Assembly: GCF_001194135.2 (NCBI RefSeq) | Contig: NC_068990.1 | Coordinates: 4,112,187-4,151,278, forward strand | DNA from: Octopus bimaculoides | Lineage: Eukaryota | Length of the DNA stretch: 39,092 nt | Direction: 5' to 3' | Shown: in pieces, positions 1-11,357 of the stretch | Layout: the number at the start of each line of letters is the position of its first letter | How positions within the stretch are numbered: position 1 is the first letter of the stretch | Notes under the pieces: generated by a model | The model's input: the letters and a program-made list of their open reading frames with translations, nothing else | Told to the model about the DNA's origin: nothing | Database searches by the model: none | Program-made: the position numbers and the translations under genes

Positions 1-815
1 TATTAATGTTTGTTTTTATGTCAACTTATTATAAAAACAACTTCTCATAAGCTAAAGTAGCAAGAGGAAAAATATACAGTGATGAATAAGACCTCAGAAC
101 AACACTAACTGTGAGACACTATGCACCCTCACTTACAGATGATGAAATTAAATGTGCCAAGAAATTATGCATTAAAACACAAAGGGAAACAAAATGAAAC
201 ACTACACCTCATCTCAAAATACTACAATATATATCAGCTCACAACCCTAGAAACAATGTGACATATAACACTATTATAAAAATCTACCAATGCCCACAAG
301 GGATCCAAAAATGAACAACATTCTGAAAACACATAAATTCATCAAATGTAAAAAGCAACCCAAATATCCAAAAAGACTCCTGACAAATGTGAAGCTTTAC
401 ACAAAAACTACAAAACCAATGGTTAAAAAAATGTGGACTTCTGAACTATAGAACATGCCCCAACCTACTGGAAGGCTTAGAATTCCAATACAAACAAGGT
501 GAAAGGTTCACAATTAGGACTAACTTCACTTCTGCACCCAAGAATTTGATTTATATTATAACTTGTTTAGGTTGTGGACATAAATGTACAAGACAGACAA
601 GTATGGCACTAAGATGGAGAACCACACTACACAAGGAACGGATCCATTTCCCAAAGTATAGAAAGATACTTTTGAGTGAACACATAGACAGATGTGCTGG
701 GAATCTCCAACCAAATTTCACAGTTTTCCTCATCTACTAGTGCAAAGAAATAATTTCTGTACAGGAATGTTTAAATAAAGAAAATTTATTTATCGAAAAT
801 ACAGAACATGCTTAA
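1..815 (+). mobile_element. Penelope-like retroelement remnant: C-terminal RT linker and GIY-YIG endonuclease, decayed
   Basis: Frameshifted translation HNPRN..KNLP..KQPK..KRLLT..VKKCG..TCPNLLEG..FTIRTNFT..KNLIYIITCLGCGHK..QTS..LRWRTTLH..ENLFI..Y...LN fits the PLE CCHH linker and GIY-YIG layout. Confidence 0.8.
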
Positions 816-1139
816 ATATGAATGCATAACCAACTTTGGTCTCAGTATATATTTTAATTCATGATCACATATCCATGAATTAAAATATGTGATATTTTAA
901 TTCATGGATTAAAATATGAATTAAATCCATACTTTAATTGGATTTAATTCATATTAAAATACATATGAATTAATGTATTCATATGTACATATGAATACAT
1001 GTATGCACGTATTCATGTGTACACATATGAATACATGTACATATATTCATATGTACATGTATGAATACACATGTACATATGTATATTCATATGCACATGA
1101 ATGTGCATATGTATATGTACATAGTTCATCTCACTACTT

Positions 1140-1410
1140 TAGCTTATGAGTTTTTGTGTGTTTATTTATCCCACCCCAAAACGTGCAATTACCTCCACTG
1201 TCCCGAGTAATAACTATCACCAATTACCTCCCCTTAGATTTTTCTACTTGTTGATTCATTCACAAACTTTCATACAAGAAAATGGACTAAAATCTCCTTA
1301 AGAAAATACGAGATTACAATAATTTCAATTTCATGATTGGCGAAAGCGAAACTGGTCGACAACCACAATACTTTTTCATTTAAAATACATTAAAACTATG
1401 TAAACTGTGT
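1140..1410 (+). repeat. Probable Penelope pseudo-LTR region with degenerate hammerhead-like motif (~1330-1358)
   Basis: Lies between the PLE C-terminal and N-terminal parts. Contains ttcatga-t-tggc-gaaa-gc-gaaac-tg-gtc, resembling CUGAUGA/stem II/GAAAC-NN-GUC. Confidence 0.45.
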
Positions 1411-1526
1411 GCTTTCCTTCTTTTATTTTATATATATATATATATATCTTTTTTTGCATTACAACTCACCACATGAAGATAATCAAAATTCTCTTCCACT
1501 CTTTTCTTACTACTATTTACCATACA

Positions 1527-2560
1527 TGGAACAGAAAATTCCACAGAAACCTACCACAAACACACCAGATAAAATTACCAACGAGGACATATTGAAGGAA
1601 TTAAAAGAAGTTAACTCAAATCTGGAAATTCTAATTAACAAAATCGACAGATTAAATTACTGTACCCAAGAAGCAACTGAAAATGAACAGGGAAGACAAT
1701 CTACAGAGAAGGTTAGTCAAATTTTGAATGAACTGTGCACAACATTGCACTCAATGTTTACAAATACTTTTGAAATAGGATCATCACCAAAATACCAAAA
1801 CCATAATGAGAATATACCAATGTCAGCACATATAATAAAAAGCCACTTTAGCCATATTTGGAACAAAAACCTAAACACTAAAAACTTACTTTTTGGAACA
1901 TGATAAAAAAATAATAAGGCAGAAATATATGAAAAATGGATGAACTCAACACCATTACTTCTCCCATGCAAACTAGAAATCAAATCAATCCCAGAAGAGC
2001 CTGAACAACAAAAACAACTTCTGGAGAAATTAGCACGAGAGAAAATGAAAATAGAAATTGAGCTACTTAAACTTAGAGCATCGGATAATGAACAAAAATA
2101 TAAAACCATTCTTTCCTACTCTTGGCACAAGGCCCGAAATTTTGGGGGAGGGGGCCAGTCAATTAGATTGACCCCAGTATGCAACTGGTACTTAATTTAT
2201 TGACCCTGAAAGGGTGAAAGGCAAAGATGGCCTTAGCGGAATTTAGACTCAGACCATAAAGACAGACGAAAAAATATAAAACCATTGATGAAAAAATGCA
2301 TACCGGACTCACTAAGCATGCTGATGAACAACTTTTGGAAAGTGTTATCAAGCTATGGAAAAATAGCTGTGAGTCAGAAGAAATAAATTCCCTTCAACGA
2401 TGGGAAAACAGTGTTAATTTCTTCCTTAGTTACAAAACTCAGTTTATAAGAGAATACAGTTCAGAGAATTCCTTCCTGTAAAATCCTAGAACAAATATGT
2501 ATACAGAAATTAATAAACATCCAACTTGATCAAACTATAAACATCTAAAAGAACAGAAAC
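1527..2560 (+). mobile_element. Decayed N-terminal coiled-coil-rich ORF of a retroelement, probably the downstream Penelope copy
   Basis: ORFs 1409-1903, 1940-2110 and 2287-2481 are collinear (MEQKIPQK..ILKELKEV.., AEIYEKWM..LAREKMKIEIELLKLR.., DEKMH..LWKNSCESEE..RWE). They become continuous once the SINE at 2111-2269 is removed. Family assignment rests on position. Confidence 0.5.
2111..2269 (-). mobile_element. SINE fragment (family B) with 17-bp TSD
   Basis: TSD aaaaatataaaaccatt at 2094-2110 and 2270-2286. Body matches the GAGTTCAAATTCCGC..CTTTCATCC family. Confidence 0.85.
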
Positions 2561-2580
2561 ACACAAAACTAACTTCTCAG

Positions 2581-2626
2581 ATTCTTGATCTGAAAACTTG
2601 TGTTGAAACAGATATTGTTATACTTG
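2581..2626 (+). CDS. Candidate micro-exon ILDLKTCVETDIVIL(V), phase-compatible with 5693
   Basis: ctaacttctcag| acceptor and TTG|gtgatg donor. The join gives DIVILVGNK. Weak. Confidence 0.2.
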
Positions 2627-3329
2627 GTGATGGTCATATTTTGCCAATTAAACACATGCATAATATGTTTGGTCTTCACTTCAGCTTTATTATTATTATT
2701 TTGTTTCTTTTGCAGCTGGACAACGAAAAATTGCATGGCTGTGTGGTAAGATGTTTACTTCTCAACCACATGGTTCCAGGTTCAATCCCACTGCGTGGCA
2801 CCTTCGGCAAGTGTCTTCTACAATTGCCTCAGGCCAACCAAAGCCTGTGTATTAAGGTGGTAAACTGGCAGAATTGTTAGCACGCTGGGTAAAATGCTTA
2901 GTGGCATTTCGTCCATCTTCATGTTCTGAGTTCAAATTCCGCTCAGGTCAACTTTGCCGTTCATCCTTTCGGGGTCAATAAATTAAGTAGCAGTGAAACA
3001 CTGGGATTAATGTAATCAACTAGTTCCCTCCCCAACAAATTTCAGGCCTCAGTTTTTCATGGTTAGCTACCCTTTTTGCTGTACTGAAATTCCTCATTTT
3101 TGGAAAAAAGATCAATTTACGATTTTGGCTGATCGCAGCTAAGTCACCCACAAAGCATACATAACCATCTAAAAAAAAAGGGACACAACAGATAATGTAG
3201 TTTTAGATATAGCTTTCATTTTTAATAAAAATGGGATAGAGGATGGAAGATTCACTTTTGATCACTTGGAAAAAAAAAACATACATACATACATGCATCC
3301 ACCCATCCATCAATACATACATACATGCA

Positions 3330-3885
3330 GCAGCTGTCCTAAAAATGTTGTCACGATACTACCCCACTATGCGGCACAATGTTGTTGCTAAAACAATTTA
3401 CAATGCCATCTGCAAAAAAGACTGTCCTGAAATAAACTTAGGAAATCTCTCTGTTATGGAATACATTCATAAACACCAACTCAAGGAATACTGGTGGAAT
3501 ATTCCCATCAAAACTTCTGTTAAATGTAAACATAACAGGCCAGATATTGTTGTTTGGAACTGAGGGGCATAGGGATGTACCATCATAGAGATCAGCTGTC
3601 CTGCAGATATAAATATCTCTTTGAAAATCAAAGGAAAAGAGGATATCTATGGGTAACTGTTTCGAAACCTCCAGCTTCTATATCCAGACTATGAATTCAT
3701 GTTCATACCAATAATGATTGAAGCACTAGATTTTGTTATTAAATGCTTAAAGGAGAATCTGGATAAACTGGGATTTTCAGAAAGAGAAATTGACACATAC
3801 ATTCATACTTTTAATTCATACATTAAAAGTGCAATCTGTGAGTGGAACAGTAAAAATATTGAAGACTTTTTTCAAGTTCCAAATG
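3330..3885 (+). mobile_element. C-terminal restriction-like endonuclease (RLE) fragment of an R4/R2-type non-LTR retrotransposon, decayed
   Basis: RHNVVAKTIYNAIC..WWNIPIKT..HNRPDIVVW..IIEISCPADINI..LQLLYP..FIPIMIEAL..LDKLGF matches the PD..D/ExK RLE domain. In-frame stops are present. Confidence 0.8.
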
Positions 3886-4164
3886 TGAATTTGTTTACGT
3901 TAACTACATCCCAAAGATGGGGTCTTGTATCTTTGTTGGAAATCGGCTCCCTCCTCAGTGGAAGATTTATAATAATTAAAAAATAGAAGAGACATACATA
4001 TAGGGGCACTGGAATATGTAACACACTGCTTAAATACCAATCTGTAGAAATTAGGCATCTGAAAACCTGAAAGGAGAAAGCTGATTTGAAGACTACAGAT
4101 CCAATCCATCACTGGAATTGCTAAAGTTTGTAAAACTTTCCAGAATTTTATCATTTAAATATAT

Positions 4165-4558
4165 AAATGAGATCGTTGCCAGTGCCCCTGGACTGGCTCT
4201 TGTGCGAGTGGCACATAAGATGTACCATCTTGAGCGTGACCATTGCCAGTACGGCCTGACTGGACTTTGTAGGGTTTTCAAGCGAGATCGTTGCCAGTGC
4301 CCCTGGACTGGCTCTTGTGCGGGTGGCACATAAAAGACACCATTTCGAGCGTGGCCGTTTTCGTGTGGGTGACACATAAAAGCACCCACTACACTCTCTG
4401 AGTGGTTGGCGTTAGGAAGGGCATCCAGCTGTAGAAACTCTGCCAAATTAGATTGGAGCCTGGTGTTGCCATCCGGTTTCACCAGTCCTCAGTCAAATCA
4501 TCCAACCCATGCTAGCATGGAAAGCGGACGTTAAACAATGATGATGATGATGATGATA
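4165..4558 (+). mobile_element. 5'-truncated RTE 3'UTR / (GAT)n-tailed repeat with an internal ~50-bp duplication; other copies 6062-6300(-), 7090-7230(+), 15150-15265(+), 15270-15430(-), 18045-18525(-), 25040-25365(-), 29130-29180(-)
   Basis: Shared CCAGCTGTAGAAAC..CCAACCCATGCCAGCATGGAAA..GACGTTAAAC(GAT)n sequence, also found directly after the RTE ORF at 28020-28470. Boundaries are approximate. Confidence 0.8.
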
Positions 4559-4619
4559 TATGAACATGTCTGGATATGCAACTATATGCATGAGAATACA
4601 TACATAAAACAAAACATAC

Positions 4620-4775
4620 AAATCTGCACACATACATACATACATACATACATGCACACGTACATACATACATACACATACATGCATACATACATACATA
4701 CATACATACATACATACACATACAGGCACACATGCATACATACATACATACATACATACATACATACATACGTAT
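4620..4775. repeat. (CATA)n microsatellite; other SSRs include (TA)n/(CA)n at 8550-8660, 15440-15490, 18925-19115, 20625-20680 and 21955-22000, (AAT)n at 11248-11275, (CAA/CAC)n at 13705-13830 and (GA)n at 33678-33727
   Basis: Direct reading. These explain the YI/CV/MYVC low-complexity ORFs. Confidence 0.95.
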
Positions 4776-5692
4776 GCATTTCCCATGACAGTAGGGAAAC
4801 GGCAGGATTGCAATGGTTCACAAATGTCCCGAATTCAAATATATCCTAACGCTTCTGTGTTTATTTGGAGCACAACACTTTATCCAACAGGTCAACTCTC
4901 CTGAGTATTGAGAAAAAAACATATTGGATCATTCATAATAAGGTGAAATAGCTGAACGTAACATGAATCTCACCGGTCTCCGATCTTTAACTGCAGCAAA
5001 CTCACTGGTCCCAGTGAGCCTGCAAAGGTCATAGGTACTGCCCCTTCCTTCAGATTTTGCAATGGACAAAAGAAAAGTCCTTTTCTTTTCTCCGCTCCAT
5101 TTATTCTGCTCGTACAAGAATTTGAATCAAGACTTACTTCCCTTACATCATTTGTAAAAGTTATGTCCCTTGCATAATTCTAGCATTTGCAGTTACATTG
5201 ATCAACATGATTTTTGGTGCCAAGAAACAAAACACGTTTTTTAACTAATTTGATGGTGCTGATTCTTATTTTTTCATGGTTAGCTACCATTTTTGCTGGA
5301 CTGAAATTGCTCATTTTTAGAAAAAAGATCAATTTACGATTTTGGCTGATCGCAAAATTTAGTTTTAAAAAGGTAGTAGAAACTCATGAATTTTCAGGTA
5401 GGGCTAGCAATTTATGCCAGCCACCTGAAATGAATTATTTTTATAAGAAAAAAAGTGTTTTGAGTCAAAACTTTTAAAATAGAAGTACCGAATTTTTCCA
5501 GTTTATTGTCAAAATTCAAATTAACTGATAAACTTTATCAGTAATACACTTCAGTAAACCTGATAATTAAGGTGACATAAAAAAAAAGGAAACCCTAAAA
5601 TATTCTGTTTGATATTCATAAATTTATCCGATCACTTTTATCCATTCAATACAGAAGGAAACCAAGCACATTAAGAGCTTTTGTTTTCACAG

Positions 5693-5832
5693 TTGGTAAC
5701 AAAATTCCAGCTAAAGACATCTCAATTGAATGCACCTATTCCATTGTACATGATGAACATCATGAAAATGGTTTCACCATAACATCTGCCCTCCACGCGG
5801 GATTACGAAGATACGAAGCAGAATCAGCGTAA
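5693..5832 (+). CDS. Candidate exon of an unassigned plus-strand gene: (x)GNKIPAKDISIECTYSIVHDEHHENGFTITSALHAGLRRYEAESA*
   Basis: Good acceptor ttttgttttcacag| inside a 77-codon stop-free frame (5599-5829) in non-repeat, locally more GC-rich DNA. No confirmed homology. Confidence 0.3.
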
Positions 5833-7231
5833 TGACTCTTTCCATCTTTAGTTATTGACAGTTTTACGAGTCTTTCCATAGGACATTAGCATAGATCCAA
5901 TTACCTAAATGTAAACACGCAAAGTATAACGTAAATGCTCAACCAACTCATGTTCTTTTTTAATCATAGACATAGATATCAAAATATTACATCCAACATG
6001 GTCTTAAATTTATCCAATAACAAAGGCACACAAAGCTGATTCAGCATTGAGCAACAAGAGTTGAGATGGGTGGAATCATCATTATCACTTAACATCCATT
6101 TTTCCATGCTGGCATGGGTTGGACAGTTTGACCAGAGCTGGTCATGCCAGGAGCCGCAACAGGCTTCATTGTCTGTTCTGGCATGGTTTCTATGGTTAGA
6201 TGCCCTTCTTAACACCAACCATTCCATAGAGTGTGCTGGATGCTTTTAACATGGCACCAACACAAGTGTCGTTTTATGTGGCACCAACATCAGTATCACT
6301 TCTGCTGTGGCGGATGGGTCGTCTTGAGTACAATGTGTCCATAAATGTGTTCATAAATCTTGTCTTTGAACGTGACTGTGTGGTAAGAAGCTTGCTTCCC
6401 AACCACATGTTCCCAGGTTCAGTCCCGCTGCATGGCGCCTTGGGCAAGTGTCTTCTACTATAGCCTCAGGCCAACCAAAGATCAAAGCTTTGTGAGTAGA
6501 TTTGGTAGACAGAAACTGAAAGAAGCCTGTAATATATGTGTGTGTGTGTGTGTGTCTGTATGTGTGTGTGTGTGTGTGTGTGTGCGTGTGTGTGTGTTTA
6601 TGTTTGTGTTTTTCTCCCTCACCATTGCTTGATAACTGATGTTTGTGTGTTTACATCCCCATAGCTTAGTTCAGCAGAAGGAACCAATAGAATAAGCACC
6701 AGGCTTACAAAGAATAAATCCAGGGGTCAATTTCTTTGACCAAATGGCAGTGCTCCAGCATGGCTGAAACAAGTAAAAGAATAAAAGCATGTGTTTATTG
6801 TTCCGTGAGATATTTTGACTCTTCATGAGAAGCCTGGTGTATGAAACATTAAAGCAATCTTGAAACTCCTTCATAGTCCAAGTTTCAGCTCCATAATTAG
6901 GAATGTTCTCTATACGTGTCTTGAAAAATACGTACCTTGTTGACTTTTAAATATTTGCCAAATGTTATGAAGCTTGTTATGGGTAACCAGGCTTATAATT
7001 GCATATCAGGGTGTTAATGCTGCTACCCTTGATGGAAAGGATTGGCTTGCAAAAGCTCTATGATGGTTCCATGTAAATAGTACTCATGCCAGACTGGAAC
7101 CTGGTGCAGCTCACCTGCCAGTTCTGGTCAAACCATCCAATCCATGCCAGCATGGAAAATGGATGTTAAAAGAGGATGATGATGGTGATGATGGTGGTGG
7201 TGGTGGTGGTGATGATGATGAGGAGGAGGAG

Positions 7232-7457
7232 NNNNNNNNNNNNNNNNNNNNNNNNNNNNNNNNNNNNNNNNNNNNNNNNNNNNNNNNNNNNNNNNNNNNN
7301 NNNNNNNNNNNNNNNNNNNNNNNNNNNNNNNNNNNNNNNNNNNNNNNNNNNNNNNNNNNNNNNNNNNNNNNNNNNNNNNNNNNNNNNNNNNNNNNNNNNN
7401 NNNNNNNNNNNNNNNNNNNNNNNNNNNNNNNNNNNNNNNNNNNNNNNNNNNNNNNNN
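7232..7457. other. Assembly gap; others at 16240-16260, 29209-29368, 30639-31204, 31492-31501, 32816-33677 and 35693-36122
   Basis: Runs of N. Confidence 1.
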
Positions 7458-8546
7458 AGGAGGAAGCAAAATAGGACCTATGAGTTATGAGCCAAAGTTA
7501 GTACTAATTGGTATTGTATTTTCCAGCATACAAGTTAACTTAATATACTAACATACCTAAGTTGGAAGAGGAAATTGCATTCCCATGAGTCTTTGCAAGG
7601 TCTTCAAAATTGGTGGACAGAATTTATTCTCAGACCCAAGTCCTGACTCAAATGCTTGCAACAGTGTAAAACCTGCTAAAAACATGGAATCTTTATCTTG
7701 TTTCAGTAATTTGATTGCGGCCATGCTGGGGCACTGCCTTGAAGAATTTTAGTCAAACTTATCAACCCTAGTACTGATTTTCTTTTAAAGCCTACTACTT
7801 GTTTTATTGGTCTCTTTTGTTAAACCAGACAAAAGATTAAGACTATTTCCTAAAATATAGATAAGTAATGTAAATAGACAAAGAATGCTGGATAAAAAGA
7901 AAAACAATATGACATGTGTTGTGAGAAGAGGAAGATGTGGAAAGAAATGGTATAACCAGAACTCAGGGTGTTGGATGCTATAGATAATGACAAGAGGGAA
8001 AAGATGTATTAAAATGATGGCAATATATTTTCAAGGTAGAAGGCAATTAGCTGGCAGAACTATTGGCGAGCCAGGCAGACTGCTTAGTGGCATTTCATCC
8101 GTTTTTCTGTTCTGAGTTCAAATTTCGCCAAGGTCAACTTTACATTTTATCCTTTCGAGAGGTCAATAAATTAAGTAACAGTTGAGCACAGAGGTTGATG
8201 TATTCAACTCAGTCTCTCCCCTAAAACTACTGGCCTTGTGCCAAAATTTGAAACTAATATATTTTCAAGGCTGAAGCTCAGTAAACTAATAGTAGTTAAT
8301 TGTTTTTTGACGTTTAGCTCCAAATCAGCCCTGATCCAAAAGATCTATTATCAGAGTCGAAGCTATGACAATTTTCTTTTATTTGTTTCTCATTAGATTA
8401 TGGCCATGCTAGGGCACTGCCTGGAAGAATTTTTAATTGAATGATTTTGCCTCGGTACTTATTTTATCAGTCACTTTTCTTGGAGATGTAAACACCAATA
8501 CCAGTTGCTACGCGGTGGTGGGGCAAACACAGACACATATAAATAC

Positions 8547-8601
<55 letters not shown>

Positions 8602-8608
8602 CATACAT

Positions 8609-8644
<36 letters not shown>

Positions 8645-10615
8645 TTATATATACATACACACAACGAGCTTCTTTCAGTTTCTGTCCACCAAATCCATTC
8701 TCAAGGCTCTGGTCAGCTCAAGGCTTACAGCAGAAGACACTTGCCTGAGATGCCACACAGTGGGACTGAACCCAGAACCATGTGGTTGGGAAGCAAACTT
8801 CTTACCACACAGCCAGCTTCCCCCACCTTACCCCACCAGTGTATCAAGGACTACATTATAAAATCTTACCATCAGGTGTGATTTGAAGGAAACCGTTTCA
8901 TGGTCTCTTTTTTAGTTTTTGGCACTTTATTTTTATCAGTTAGAATATGCTGAAATAAAAGAAATCACAACTTCTGGCACAATAAGCAATTATAAAAAAC
9001 AACAACATGGATATTGTCAAATAATTTTTATTTATACTAAAATAGACAAATTGTTTTGTTATGAAGGACAAAAAAGAAAGAAAATCATTCTGCTATTTAG
9101 AGTCTAAAATGAAGGCTTATATTATTCAAACATTAGTAATTATTTGATGCTTGTGTATATGAAGTTTTGGTGATATAAATTTTCTACAATTTATCAGGTG
9201 TAATTTACTTTAAATATATTCTAAAAAAATATTCATGAATACAAATAACCAGCTATGATATTTAATAACATCACTACTAATATCCAATATTGATAAATAA
9301 TAGCCAAAACTGAAATTATTAGAACATGCACAAGGAAATAACATATTATTGGAATTTCTAATTATGGGAAATATAGGCAAATGGCTATAATATATGCAAT
9401 TTTTTTTCAAATATGAGAAATTATAATTATATTTATTGAAAAAAATATTTTAAACTTTGAAACCTCACTTAAGGTATTCCCAAATTTGAACAAGTTTAAA
9501 ATAAAAAGTTATTTTATTATTTCTGATATCATTTAATTATTCTACAAGTACAACAAAAATATTGAAAATAAGAAAAGAATTTTTTAAAATTATTTTTTAT
9601 TTTACATTAAAAATTCAATCACTTTAATTTTTTTTTTTTATTAATTGGCAAAACAGAAATATTTCCATACACTGAAGCTGAGTAAAACTAAAATAAAATT
9701 AAAATAATAATTAAAGGAATTGAATGACGATATTCCCTAACTGAAATTAATATTAGAATTTGATATATATATATATATTAGTGTACATCTAAATTTCCAA
9801 GCTAATATGGATCGAATGGTTGTTTCATTGGAGTAAATTGTTTTCCCAGCTGGATGGTGCCTTCCTGTGACAATCACGCAATATTGAAACAGGAATGGAA
9901 CTTGGAGAAACCATTTATTCTTTCCTATTCTATTTTGGTAAATTCCTAAACTTCCAAACAACCTGTTTTCCAATGATCATATTTATAATGTTTATGTACA
10001 TGTGTACATTTTGGATTTGAACTACTGGCTAATTGTTATTTCATGCAAGGTTCAAATAAAGAACATTGGAGACATGCATGAAAGAAAGAAGAAAAAAAAA
10101 CGTTAACAAGCCTAACCAGAGCACATGACAAATAAGGATCTGAAGATAAATGGGAATGAAATTATTGGAAATGGGAGCTACCAAATCATAAACAGAATCA
10201 ATATGATTAGGGTATTGAAATATTATCCCCATTAATACTAATAACTGTTTTCAATTTAGGTACAAAATTGGCAGTTTTGAGGGGAGGAATTAGCTAATGC
10301 AATTTACTCCAATACTTGACAGGTATTTTATGTCATCAATCTTGGAGAGATGAAAGATAAAGTTGATTTCAGCAAGATTTTCAGCTTGGAAAATAAAGAG
10401 CCAAGAAGAAAAACTGTTCTTTGCAATACACTAATGATTCTGCCAGCTTGCAACATTTTTTAATGGTAATAATTTATAACATACACACAGGACCACAGAT
10501 TGGGAGTTAGGGGTTAATCGGTTTAAATCTACCCCAATATTTGACTGGGGCTTTATTTTGTTGATCCAAGGGGAATGAAAGGCAAAACTGACCTTGGTGG
10601 GATTTTAACATATTG

Positions 10616-10920
10616 TGGTCTATAGAAAAACATTGTAACTCAGTTACAGTCAAGTGGTCTATAGACAACATTGTAACTCAGTTACAGTCAAGTGGTCTAT
10701 AGACAACATTGTAACTCAGTTACAGTCAAGTGGTCTATAGACAACATTGTAACTCAGTTACAGTCAAGTGGTCTATAGACAACATTGTAACTCAGTTACA
10801 GTCAAGTGGTCTATAGACAACATTGTAACTCAGTTACAGTCAAGTGGTCTATAGACAACATTGTAACTCAGTTACAGTCAAGTGGTCTATAGACAACATT
10901 GTAACTCAGTTACAGTCAAT
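10616..10920. repeat. Minisatellite, 8 x 38 bp (tggtctatagacaacattgtaactcagttacagtcaag)
   Basis: Units start at 10616, 10655, 10693, 10731, 10769, 10807, 10845 and 10883. They are essentially identical, with no spacers. Confidence 0.97.
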
Positions 10921-11357
10921 GTGCCTCTATCAGTCAATAATAAACTGAAATTTTCATTAGAACTGACATCAACAACAAAAAATAAATTCAAAAAATCTTA
11001 TATCTGAGTTTAAATGCTAATTCTAGAATTATATTTTTAATTTTATTTTTATTTATTTATTAGCTTCAGTTTTGTTTTATGAAAATGTCTCAGATTTAGC
11101 AAGTGAAAATATTCAATCAACTATTTAAAAAATTAAATAAATAAATAACAATAAAAGAACTGAATCAAAATTCCTTTCCGTAATTTAAACAGATTGTGTT
11201 AGAAAAGTATAAACCTGTCATTTTTTCTCTTAAATCAATTGTAAAAAATAATAATAATAATAATAATAATAATAATCTTCGCCGTCAACATAATCAGGAT
11301 TATTAATACTTTTACATTGTAAAATTCCTCTTTTGTTATTCATATACTTAATGGACC

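Noticed and set aside
4493-4849. Several 80-106 aa ORFs (MYVC/HTYI), and similar ones at 8437-8861, 15257-15556, 18836-19132 and 21857-23134
   Set aside because: Translations of microsatellites and SINEs.
4929-5117. 62-aa minus-strand ORF in non-SSR DNA
   Set aside because: No usable acceptor/donor pair in frame and no recognisable motif.
3053-5360. ~95-bp direct repeat at 3053-3145 and 5273-5360 as possible LTRs
   Set aside because: No TG..CA ends, PBS, PPT or internal gag/pol. More likely two fragments of a dispersed repeat.
5762-5845. Minus-strand MERVITLILLRIFVIPRGGQMLW as a signal-peptide exon
   Set aside because: No downstream partner exon found, and it overlaps the better plus-strand frame.
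10616-10920. CRISPR-like array (38-bp palindromic repeats)
   Set aside because: Repeats are head-to-tail with no unique spacers, there are no cas genes, and the context is eukaryotic.
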